The position numbers were made by a program, and so were the translations under genes. Shown in pieces: positions 45,287 through 53,507 of a stretch of DNA of 64,000 bases; position 1 is the first letter of the stretch, and each line of letters opens with the position of its first letter. The stretch is from a virus (lineage: Duplodnaviria > Heunggongvirae > Uroviricota > Caudoviricetes). The notes beneath the pieces are model-generated. The model was given only the letters and a program-made list of their open reading frames with translations. It had not been told where the DNA came from and made no database searches. The stretch lies in the IMG/VR virus record IMGVR_UViG_3300024272_000009; one strand, given 5' to 3'.

Positions 45287-46243
45287 TTAGTTTTTATTCT
45301 GTTTATCGTTTTCTTCTGAATCTTCCTTAGGTGCCTCTTTAGGTTCCTCAGCAGGTTCTTCAACCTTTTTAGTAGGCTTTTCCTCAGGTTTTTCTTCCTC
45401 AGGCTTTTCAGCTTTCTGTTTACCGCCAGTTCCAGTAACAGGATTTTTATTAGAACCTTTCTGGAATTTACCGCGGTTCTTACCGTATTCATTAACTATA
45501 TCAATAAGGTCTTTTCCTGTTTCGAGATCTTCGTTGTCGGCCACAAGTCCATTCTCAGCAGCCTCATCAGCAGGAACTCCATATAGTTTAGGGAACACAA
45601 GTTTCAAGAAAGCTTCTGGCTTTTTCTCTGATAGGAAGTGACAATAGTTATTTATAACTGACGCAACTTTGAGCATCCAGTCGCCATTACTGAGAACAAG
45701 TAGGATATGTTTACAACCTCTTCCCTTATCATCATTTGGGTTAGCGATTCCTTTACCAGGGCCAGGGTCGGCAGAAGAATCATCTACAGAAACATTTTTT
45801 ATAATGTTCCAGTGTGCAAAGCGATATTTAAAGTCAGGACAGGTGCATTTTACATAAACATCTGTAGTATTAAAAACTTTTGTGAGTGACTGAACTATTG
45901 TTCGGAATTCCATCTTATTGTTGTTGTTTTTAATATTTTTCTGCATTTCTCCAATGACGCCTTCGATTTTGATGGTAACAGTGTACTCATCATTTTCACC
46001 GACAACAGGAATATTTACTTGAAGTATATCTTGTTTGAACAGCTTGTTCATATCTATTTCATTATAATTCTTAACAGCGTTAGCAATCTTAGAATACTTC
46101 TTACGTTCCATTCTATTTTTGCCACGCTCTTGGTTTTTATAGGCCCCAGCATTTCTAGATTGGGCTATCAAAGAAGTTCTGTTTGCCTCAGTCAGCTTAA
46201 GAAGCTCTGATAAGCATTGTTCTTGCAAAGTTTGTTTTCTCAT
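45287..46243 (-). CDS. SWIM-type zinc-finger protein with Lys/Glu/Pro-rich tail
   Basis: 318 aa. The motifs CTCPDFKYRFAHWN...GCKHILLV give a C-x-C...C-x-H SWIM-like layout. The C-terminus reads KPEEEKPEEKPTKKVEEPAEEPKEAPKE. Confidence 0.45.
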   Translation of the reverse strand: MRKQTLQEQCLSELLKLTEANRTSLIAQSRNAGAYKNQERGKNRMERKKYSKIANAVKNYNEIDMNKLFKQDILQVNIPVVGENDEYTVTIKIEGVIGEMQKNIKNNNNKMEFRTIVQSLTKVFNTTDVYVKCTCPDFKYRFAHWNIIKNVSVDDSSADPGPGKGIANPNDDKGRGCKHILLVLSNGDWMLKVASVINNYCHFLSEKKPEAFLKLVFPKLYGVPADEAAENGLVADNEDLETGKDLIDIVNEYGKNRGKFQKGSNKNPVTGTGGKQKAEKPEEEKPEEKPTKKVEEPAEEPKEAPKEDSEENDKQNKN

Positions 46244-46277
46244 TGCTGGACTATCCTTTCAAAATGTTCTACTGTAT

Positions 46278-46285
46278 AATTTAGC
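46278..46285 (-). promoter_or_regulatory. GCTAAATT box
   Basis: Minus strand reads TTTGCTAAATTATACAG. Confidence 0.5.
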
Positions 46286-46295
46286 AAATAAATTT

Positions 46296-46334
46296 AATAA
46301 AAATAAAGCACTCTATCAAAAATAGAGTGCTTTT
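46296..46334 (-). terminator. Rho-independent terminator after gene 46338..47801
   Basis: aaagcactcta (46305-46315) pairs with tagagtgcttt (46323-46333). The stem is shared with the terminator at 48669-48696. Confidence 0.75.
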
Positions 46335-46337
46335 ACT

Positions 46338-47801
46338 TTATATTTTAAGAGTACCTCGGATATTATAGTATTTCTTAGGTATTTTGTTCATTGCTATATC
46401 AAGTGTATTTGAGAAGTCATACTTTCCATTTTCATTTGCATGGACTTCAATAACAAATGGAAGTCTTCTTATCGCACTTAACGCAGCGTCAACCTCAGAA
46501 GCCTTTAGATTATATATAAAGAACATTCCGTTATCTTGGATAACTGGCTGTGTGCCGGCAGCTCTAAAAAGCTGGTTATAAATATCAACTCTTTGCTGTC
46601 TATCGAGTTTTTCCTCAAGAGATAATCTCTTTGATACAAGCTCATTTCTGTAGTCTTTTAGCTGGTCCAAATATCCTTTATTACGAAGCTCTTTAAAAGT
46701 TAAATTTTCTGTAGAGTATTCACCTTTCGAGATGCCTTTTTTACGGAGTTTATCATATATCTCTTCTAGCATCTTAACTACTTTCTTTTCATCTTCAAGC
46801 TTATCTGCTTTTATATCATCAATAAGTTTTTTACACTTATCTTCCCACTCATCAACAAGTTTGTTTAGTGCTTCCTTGTCATAGTCTGGGATATCTTCGT
46901 GAACAGGCTTTTTAATCCACTTATTTTTCTTTACGGAATAAACACCATTGCTTACTCTTGTGCTCTCCTCAGTTTCAACAAAGATTTCAAGCGGAATGCC
47001 AAACAATTTGATATCTAAATTTTTATTAAATAGTGAACGATATGCACTATATAGAGCATTTGCTATATCGGTAGAGTAGTCAGCGGCTTTAGCGTTAGCA
47101 AGAACGTGAAGGTCAATATCACTATCTTTTGTATAATTATAGCTAGCATTAGAGCCAATCATAAGGATATCATCAACTTTTATTTTAACATCCTGCTCTT
47201 TAAGGTCTGCTAAAAATTCGTCGACAATTTCAAGCATCTTATCTCTTACTTGATCTTTTAGCAACTCTTCTTTTGTAAAGAGCTTATTGTTTAAGCTATC
47301 ATGTTTCTCAATAGCTTCGGTTAGTTCTGTTTTAGACTGCTCGCCAAGCTCTTGCTCAATTAACTTGGTTACTGTAACACGGTCACATAGATTTGCAATA
47401 TACTGCGCGTCAGTTAACCAAACATTTTTAGCGATATTTTGTAAATCTTGTGAGGTATAGCCCCAATTTTTTAGAGTTCTTTTTAATTGGTCAATTAGCT
47501 CTTTCCAATCAATTGCTACAGCAACGATAAGATACTTTAAAGCTACATCAGCTTTTTGCTGTGGTGGATTCTTAGACTTTCTTTGAACTTTGTTATAAGA
47601 AGCCACCGATTTATCATACTTAGCTTTACTACAGTTATATGCAATACCCCAAGGCGTTTCATTAAAGTGAGCTTTATTCCAAGTATCGCGCTCAGGTGTG
47701 TTCTGTTTTGCTTCATAACTTAATTTTGCTGTTAGAAGTTTTTCAATATCTTCTTGTGTAGGTATTACTAATTTAGGGTCTGTAATCACTGGCGCCGCCA
47801 T
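46338..47801 (-). CDS. Pol-beta-superfamily nucleotidyltransferase-domain protein
   Basis: 487 aa. The central segment GSNASYNYTKDSDIDLHV matches the hG[GS]-x9-13-DhDh nucleotidyltransferase signature. A downstream acidic segment reads EIFVETEE. Confidence 0.5.
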   Translation of the reverse strand: MAAPVITDPKLVIPTQEDIEKLLTAKLSYEAKQNTPERDTWNKAHFNETPWGIAYNCSKAKYDKSVASYNKVQRKSKNPPQQKADVALKYLIVAVAIDWKELIDQLKRTLKNWGYTSQDLQNIAKNVWLTDAQYIANLCDRVTVTKLIEQELGEQSKTELTEAIEKHDSLNNKLFTKEELLKDQVRDKMLEIVDEFLADLKEQDVKIKVDDILMIGSNASYNYTKDSDIDLHVLANAKAADYSTDIANALYSAYRSLFNKNLDIKLFGIPLEIFVETEESTRVSNGVYSVKKNKWIKKPVHEDIPDYDKEALNKLVDEWEDKCKKLIDDIKADKLEDEKKVVKMLEEIYDKLRKKGISKGEYSTENLTFKELRNKGYLDQLKDYRNELVSKRLSLEEKLDRQQRVDIYNQLFRAAGTQPVIQDNGMFFIYNLKASEVDAALSAIRRLPFVIEVHANENGKYDFSNTLDIAMNKIPKKYYNIRGTLKI

Positions 47802-47802
47802 A

Positions 47803-48564
47803 TTAATCCTCCATTCTATCTAGTCGCATAGGAATAACAAACTTGAGATTACAACCGTCACAACATCTGCCATCATCTGCAGACATAAAAGGCTCAGGGT
47901 TATTTCCATGACCTTCGATAGGTTCACCACAAATACAACAAAAGCTTTCTTTTGCTTCTGTTAGTTTTTCACCAAATACATTAACAGCGTCAAAATCAAG
48001 ATTAAAGAAGCTCTCCTCAAGTTCTGTTGCGTCTGTCATTCTATCCTCATACTCTGCCTTAAATTCTTTTTCAGGAGCTTTGTCCACGTTAGCAAAGTGT
48101 TTACGGTCCTCTTCTTTCTTAATTGAGAGGTCGTAGTCCATTACTTTTACTCTATTTTTATCATAAAGAATACCATCATCATAATAATAAATAATGTCAC
48201 TATTCATAAGTTTAGTTACATCTTTATCATCTCCAAGATTATTTAGAGTATAAACAGAGCAGTTAGCATTATCTAGTTCAATAAGAGCTTTTAAGATCTC
48301 AGCTTTATTTGAACAGAAGATATTTTGAGGACGAATATAGTATCTACGAACGTAACGTTTAGCCTCCTTTAGCTCAACACTTTCAGTCATACCACAGCCT
48401 TCAGTGCCTTCAGCAGAAGTCTCCACACAGTCTGTCCCCATAGCCTGATTGAATCTACCTATATTTAAAGAAATATCACCAGTTGTATATGTGATAGAAT
48501 CATAAGGCTTTTTCTTAGTTTTTAGTTTTTTCTCCTCTGTAATAGGAGTTTTATTTATTTTCAT
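47803..48564 (-). CDS. hypothetical Cys-rich protein
   Basis: 253 aa. The C-terminus reads CCICGEPIEGHGN...CCDGCN. A GC-rich leader precedes the RBS. Confidence 0.45.
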   Translation of the reverse strand: MKINKTPITEEKKLKTKKKPYDSITYTTGDISLNIGRFNQAMGTDCVETSAEGTEGCGMTESVELKEAKRYVRRYYIRPQNIFCSNKAEILKALIELDNANCSVYTLNNLGDDKDVTKLMNSDIIYYYDDGILYDKNRVKVMDYDLSIKKEEDRKHFANVDKAPEKEFKAEYEDRMTDATELEESFFNLDFDAVNVFGEKLTEAKESFCCICGEPIEGHGNNPEPFMSADDGRCCDGCNLKFVIPMRLDRMED

Positions 48565-48651
48565 TGAAAGATACTCTCCTTCTTGTTATTTACAAAGAAA
48601 GACGACCACAGCAACGGTGAAAGGCTAAGTCCGCCGCCGCGACCGTCATAT

Positions 48652-48659
48652 AATTTAGC
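48652..48659 (-). promoter_or_regulatory. GCTAAATT box
   Basis: Minus strand reads TTTGCTAAATTATATGACG. Confidence 0.5.
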
Positions 48660-48661
48660 AA

Positions 48662-48697
48662 ATAAAGAAAAGCACTCTAAATATTTAGAGTGCTTTT
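48662..48697 (-). terminator. Rho-independent terminator after gene 48702..49118
   Basis: The palindrome is aaagcactctaaata / tatttagagtgcttt. Confidence 0.75.
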
Positions 48698-48701
48698 ATT
48701 G

Positions 48702-49118
48702 TTAATTGTATAAGTCTTTGTCGGTAAGTGGCTCACCTGTTGGCTCGTCAAAATCTACAAAGTACTCAAAAGGTTCACTAATATCGAGGTCTATTGTTTT
48801 TGCTTGAGTATTTTCGTCTTCCGGCTCAAACATTATATCAGGTTCTGCCTGAGGTTCTATTTTAACAACTTCCGGTTCTTTAACGTGTACAACATCTTGT
48901 GTAGTATAATTGATATCATCTAGATTTTCTAGACTTCCAATGAATACATAGTAACTCGTAATCAGGTTTTTTAGGAGCTGCTTTACTTTTTTGCCTTCAT
49001 CAGAGTCAGCTATATTAGCGAGCTGTGTCTGAAGTTGCTCAATATCTTGCCAGCTTTTACTACAGAGCTCATCAATAAAATCTTTTGTTACCGTAAGTTT
49101 ATCTTTTAATTCTACCAT
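48702..49118 (-). CDS. hypothetical acidic protein
   Basis: 138-aa ORF. Confidence 0.5.
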   Translation of the reverse strand: MVELKDKLTVTKDFIDELCSKSWQDIEQLQTQLANIADSDEGKKVKQLLKNLITSYYVFIGSLENLDDINYTTQDVVHVKEPEVVKIEPQAEPDIMFEPEDENTQAKTIDLDISEPFEYFVDFDEPTGEPLTDKDLYN

Positions 49119-49138
49119 ATATACCTTAACCTCATTTA

Positions 49139-50842
49139 TCAGAAGGAATACTGCATAGTACCACCACGACCTTTTAGGTCACGAGGAAGTCTTGGTGCGT
49201 TAACACCATTACGCCATAGATACCAAACAAAACCAGGAACAGTGTAGGACAATGCTTTTGGCCCGTCCCACCAATCTTCCATGTCAGAGTCGGTCATAAT
49301 AACAACGTTAGTTGCTTCAGTTGTTATTATGTTTTTAATTATGTCGTTCCAGGCACGGGTACCACCTTCTGCTCTTGCTGATGCAGCATCAGTATGAACA
49401 TGATTAGAAAAATAGTAAATATTGATTTTTATCTTACCATCTTCTTGCATTTTTGCAAGAGCTTCTACTGCCTGATTTCCTACTTCTACATCGCTCTCAT
49501 CCCAAGAACCAGACTGGTCAAAATAGAAATCGATGATAGGAATTTTTTTATTTGGAAGCTCATTAATTTTCTGTCCTTGTCTAAGAACACCTGCACCACT
49601 ATTTCTACGACTTATTGCAGACCAAGTGTCATCACGCTCTTCTTCGTAAGAAACCTGTAAAGCAATACCACGCTGCAAGCTATCCATAAACGCTTGGAAA
49701 CCTTGGAACGAGCTTCTGGATTTTGTTTTATATTTGTCTGCTTCTTTTTCTCTTGCTTTAATTGCTTGAGTTTCAGCTCTTATTTGAGCTGCATCTTCTG
49801 CTGAAAGTTCCGCCTGTGTTTTACTACTCGCCAAGTCAGTTTTTATCTCTTGAGCTCTTGCTTGACGATCTTCTTCGGAAGAATACGTCAAATCACCAGT
49901 ACCAAGAGCATCTATAGCATCGAATACTCTGTTAACTAATTGATTAAACTCTTCATCTGACACGTCTGCAATATTTTTTGCAACAGCCTCTGTGAGAGCT
50001 TCAAGTGCCTCAATAGCGCTTTCGAGCTCAGATATAAGTGCTTTTGATGCACCGCGTTCATTAGCTTTTCTCAAAGCTTCTTTTGCTGCAAGCAACGTGC
50101 GCTCTCTTTTTACTTTACGAGCCTCTGCCTTACTGCTAATGCCATTATCAGTCATAGCATCTCGAGTATCGTCGTCTAGCCAATCATGCTCATCTGGAAA
50201 TTCTTCTTCATCGCTAAATTCAGCCTCTTCATCTGAATCTTCAGTTTCGTCAGCTATCTCAGACTCACCGTCTAACTCCGTGTTAGTATCCTCAGAGTTT
50301 TCACCTTCCTCAGAATCTTCCTCAGAATCTTCCTCAGAAGAATCTTCAGCTTCTTCCTCTTCTACTTCTTCAGAATTTTCAGTTTCGCTTGTTTCTTTAG
50401 TATCACCAGTATCGGCGCTTTCAGAGTCGTCAGTATCATCTTGCTCAGAGCTCTCGTCGGAGCCATCAAAGTCACTTGACTCCCCTGACTCACTTGAGTC
50501 CTCTGAATTGCTCTGGTTATCTTGGCCCCTTGTTTCAGGCTCTTCCTCATCTTCAGCTTTATTGTGTTTTATTTTATCGAGTAGCTTTTCTTCATCTTCT
50601 ACTTCAAGGTCATCCCCACCGCCTTTTGGATGGTGTTTTACTGAAGGCTGCAGCAAATCAGGGTCAATCTCTACTTCGATCTCTCCTCCGTTTCCGTTAA
50701 GGTCCGGACCACCACCTGCGCCTCCAGAGCCTAAGTCAACTCTCGAAGAAAGAATAGCATCGATCGCTTCTAAAGCTCCACGTTTTGCATCAGGGTTAGA
50801 AAAGTCTATTCCGAGTTTACTTAATATATCTTTAATTTCCAT
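49139..50842 (-). CDS. vWA-domain protein with long S/E/D-rich disordered region
   Basis: 567 aa. A C-terminal MIDAS-like DQSGSW is followed by a Rossmann-like pattern. The centre is 200 aa of E/D/S low complexity. Confidence 0.55.
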   Translation of the reverse strand: MEIKDILSKLGIDFSNPDAKRGALEAIDAILSSRVDLGSGGAGGGPDLNGNGGEIEVEIDPDLLQPSVKHHPKGGGDDLEVEDEEKLLDKIKHNKAEDEEEPETRGQDNQSNSEDSSESGESSDFDGSDESSEQDDTDDSESADTGDTKETSETENSEEVEEEEAEDSSEEDSEEDSEEGENSEDTNTELDGESEIADETEDSDEEAEFSDEEEFPDEHDWLDDDTRDAMTDNGISSKAEARKVKRERTLLAAKEALRKANERGASKALISELESAIEALEALTEAVAKNIADVSDEEFNQLVNRVFDAIDALGTGDLTYSSEEDRQARAQEIKTDLASSKTQAELSAEDAAQIRAETQAIKAREKEADKYKTKSRSSFQGFQAFMDSLQRGIALQVSYEEERDDTWSAISRRNSGAGVLRQGQKINELPNKKIPIIDFYFDQSGSWDESDVEVGNQAVEALAKMQEDGKIKINIYYFSNHVHTDAASARAEGGTRAWNDIIKNIITTEATNVVIMTDSDMEDWWDGPKALSYTVPGFVWYLWRNGVNAPRLPRDLKGRGGTMQYSF

Positions 50843-50866
50843 AATTATCTCTGCCTTTCACAGTTT

Positions 50867-52027
50867 TTACATTGCATTAATAGCATCTTGTAACTGTCTA
50901 AGGGTCTCATCATCAAACTTACTAGAATCTAGCTGACGAACAACCTCATTCCAAGCGTCTTTATACTCCTGTGGGTTTACTTGACGCTTAACATTAAATT
51001 TTAATGGATTATAATTAATATTACCACCAAGATTTTTTAAAACATCCGTAGCAATTAGTTTATCTTCTGGTGTATATAAAATACAAACTACTTCGCCCGT
51101 AAGAGGATTTAAAACATCGCATGCTTGCTGTGGTGCCGATACTGCTATATCATCAATAAGGTCAAGTAGGCGCTGCTTATCAGCATCAGAAGTAAAATCT
51201 TTAAATTCGTCATATAGCCGCTGTACAAGCTTTTGGAAAACTTCTGGCCATTTTTTATAAGTTTTAGACTTCATAAATACGTCAATAGGCGCCTTTATAC
51301 CGGAAGGCTTCATTATGTTCTGATATAGGCTTGCTGCTTTGGCAGTACTATACTCAATGTTGTCTACAGCAACTCTGCCATTATGAGTTCTTGTGTTTGG
51401 CCGCCAATAAGGGTCACTTCTGATTGCGCTGTTTATTCTAATTATTTCCTTAGAAAGCTCTTCATACATTTGCTCAAGAGACATCTTATCCCAGCCTCTA
51501 TGATCCTCAGTTACTAAACCGCCAATTATTTCACCATTTAGCATCATGTTACGTACAATCTGCTTATCAGTAGCACTATAACGTTTATTGGAGATTTCAA
51601 AGTCTTCAATAATGTTTAAAAGGTTATGAAGTGTACTACTATATTTAATATGTTCATAAGCTTCGTCCGGGTCATGTGCATGAAGTTTTTTAAACACATA
51701 CATCATTCTAATCTGATGCATCATTAAATTATGAGCCATTTCGTGGCGCATTAATACATCTAACTGATTAAAAATACCTTCGCCACTACCAAGAAAGCCA
51801 TCGCTAATAAAAACAGTCGCATCATCAAAAGAAATTGCAGCAGTAAAATCAGGATGCTTCTTAGAGTCTATGATATTGAAATCTAGTTTCCAGAATCGTT
51901 CTGCATATTTTCTATGCCCTTTATCTATTAAAAGCTGGCAGAGAGCTTTTTTGACCTGTCTCTCTCTGCCAGTCATAAAGTGCTTAGTAATATCAGAAGA
52001 TTCAAGTAATGCTCTATTTATATGCAT
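50867..52027 (-). CDS. HExxH zinc metallopeptidase-like protein (SprT/WLM-like motif)
   Basis: 386 aa. The motif RHEMAHNLMMH has the form HExxH-x4-H. Confidence 0.5.
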   Translation of the reverse strand: MHINRALLESSDITKHFMTGRERQVKKALCQLLIDKGHRKYAERFWKLDFNIIDSKKHPDFTAAISFDDATVFISDGFLGSGEGIFNQLDVLMRHEMAHNLMMHQIRMMYVFKKLHAHDPDEAYEHIKYSSTLHNLLNIIEDFEISNKRYSATDKQIVRNMMLNGEIIGGLVTEDHRGWDKMSLEQMYEELSKEIIRINSAIRSDPYWRPNTRTHNGRVAVDNIEYSTAKAASLYQNIMKPSGIKAPIDVFMKSKTYKKWPEVFQKLVQRLYDEFKDFTSDADKQRLLDLIDDIAVSAPQQACDVLNPLTGEVVCILYTPEDKLIATDVLKNLGGNINYNPLKFNVKRQVNPQEYKDAWNEVVRQLDSSKFDDETLRQLQDAINAM

Positions 52028-52052
52028 AGTATAAATCTCCTTTATACTAGAA

Positions 52053-53507
52053 TTAAAGTGAGAAGTCGAAACTCTTAATACGGTTTAGTGCGTCAGCTGA
52101 GCTAACCTTTGCAGCAGCACCTGCCGCAGATGCAGTTGAACCGAAGAGGTCAGTATCAGTCTCATCACCGCCAGCACCGAATACACTATCAAAATCATCA
52201 CTATCTGAAGTAGTACTCTTAGCGCTTGAAGTTGTTGGGGCAGGCTCTTCATTGTTATCTCCGGCACCTGGCATAATAACGTCAGGCTCAACCCAAGAAT
52301 CAAGGATCTCATGGATTATTTCTTTATCCTTATCTAGGAATTTAGACTTTTGGTCTACCCAAGCAAGGAATTTATTTTTATCATGACCATGTTTCATAAT
52401 AGCGTCGGTAATTGAGCGCTGGTTTAACATCTTTGATTTTGTCTGAAACAAGTCAAGTAAGTCATCGCGTGAGTCAAACTCAAAACGATAGTCTGCAAGC
52501 AATGCGTTAGCTAAATTTAATCTCTTCTTAGCTCTAATGTAAAGAGCATTGTAATTCTCGTCATGAGGAATGCTCTTAATAACTTTTTCAGGAATGTACC
52601 AGTTAATATATTTAATTGCTTCCTCAGGAGTAGAGTCCCAATCCATAGTGTCTACAAAACGAGACATTTCAGCGTCATTAAGCTCCATTGCGCCAGGGTC
52701 TGTGGGAACTGCAGGGTTAATACAAGCTACAGTAAAGAGCAGGTTATCAAAGTGTCTATAACCATCAGGACCATTACCGTCAATTACGTGCTCATTAATT
52801 AGTGAAAGAAGTACGGCACGAAGCTTAGCAGGAGCTCTGTTAAATTCATCAAGGAATAGTACAGATCTTTCTTTGTCTAGCGCATCAAGTGAGTTAGAAT
52901 AAGATCTAGCTACTGTATGTACACTTCTGCCATCATCTGTTGTTTCTGTTGTATCAACAGGGAAACCGTTAAGGATAGCGCCGAGGTCATCGTTTTTAGC
53001 ATTGAGGTAGAATAGATTTACACCTCTATCCCTTGCCCACTGCTTTGTGATACCGGTTTTACCGGAACCAGGAAGTCCTGAAATTAGAATGTCAGTACCA
53101 TCATGAGTACCAATAGCTTTAGACTCGAATGAAGCCGCAAGGCAGTCATCAAGCGCATCAGTAAGAGCACTTCTTACATCAAGAGGTGCCCAAGTAGCAG
53201 TATCAAAGCCTTTAGCATAAGTCTTGATTTCATTTGCTACTTTTTCTGCTTTAGCATCGGAGTAAGTTTCCTCGCCATCAGAAGCTTCTTCAGCAGCAGC
53301 CTTAACTGCGTCAGCGATTTCATCTACAGGCGCATTTACAACATTATCGATAACTAGCTCGTCCGCAGAAGCTTCAGCGGCTGTATCTTCAGCCTCAGTA
53401 ATAACTTCTTCTACAAGCTCTGTATCTAAAATACTTTCAGTTATAATTTTATTAATTTTCATTGTTATCCTCCTATTAATCTTTGCGCATCCAAGTGTGC
53501 AGCTCAT
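52053..53507 (-). CDS. MoxR-like AAA+ ATPase
   Basis: 484 aa. Walker A is GLPGSGKTG. Walker B and sensor follow as LFLDEFNRA, the hhhDEhNRA pattern typical of the MoxR/AAA_5 family. N- and C-terminal acidic extensions flank the core. Confidence 0.65.
   Translation of the reverse strand: MSCTLGCAKINRRITMKINKIITESILDTELVEEVITEAEDTAAEASADELVIDNVVNAPVDEIADAVKAAAEEASDGEETYSDAKAEKVANEIKTYAKGFDTATWAPLDVRSALTDALDDCLAASFESKAIGTHDGTDILISGLPGSGKTGITKQWARDRGVNLFYLNAKNDDLGAILNGFPVDTTETTDDGRSVHTVARSYSNSLDALDKERSVLFLDEFNRAPAKLRAVLLSLINEHVIDGNGPDGYRHFDNLLFTVACINPAVPTDPGAMELNDAEMSRFVDTMDWDSTPEEAIKYINWYIPEKVIKSIPHDENYNALYIRAKKRLNLANALLADYRFEFDSRDDLLDLFQTKSKMLNQRSITDAIMKHGHDKNKFLAWVDQKSKFLDKDKEIIHEILDSWVEPDVIMPGAGDNNEEPAPTTSSAKSTTSDSDDFDSVFGAGGDETDTDLFGSTASAAGAAAKVSSADALNRIKSFDFSL

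Noticed and set aside
45277-45492. 71-aa K/L/R-rich ORF
   Set aside because: It is an off-frame reading of the KE-rich tail of the SWIM gene.
49992-50936. 314-aa Ser-rich plus-strand ORF
   Set aside because: It is the mirror image of the E/D/S array in the vWA gene, with no start context.
52085-52312. 75-aa ORF inside the MoxR gene in another frame
   Set aside because: It is an off-frame reading of the MoxR gene's C-terminal acidic tail (E/D/S/T/G-rich), with no independent signals.
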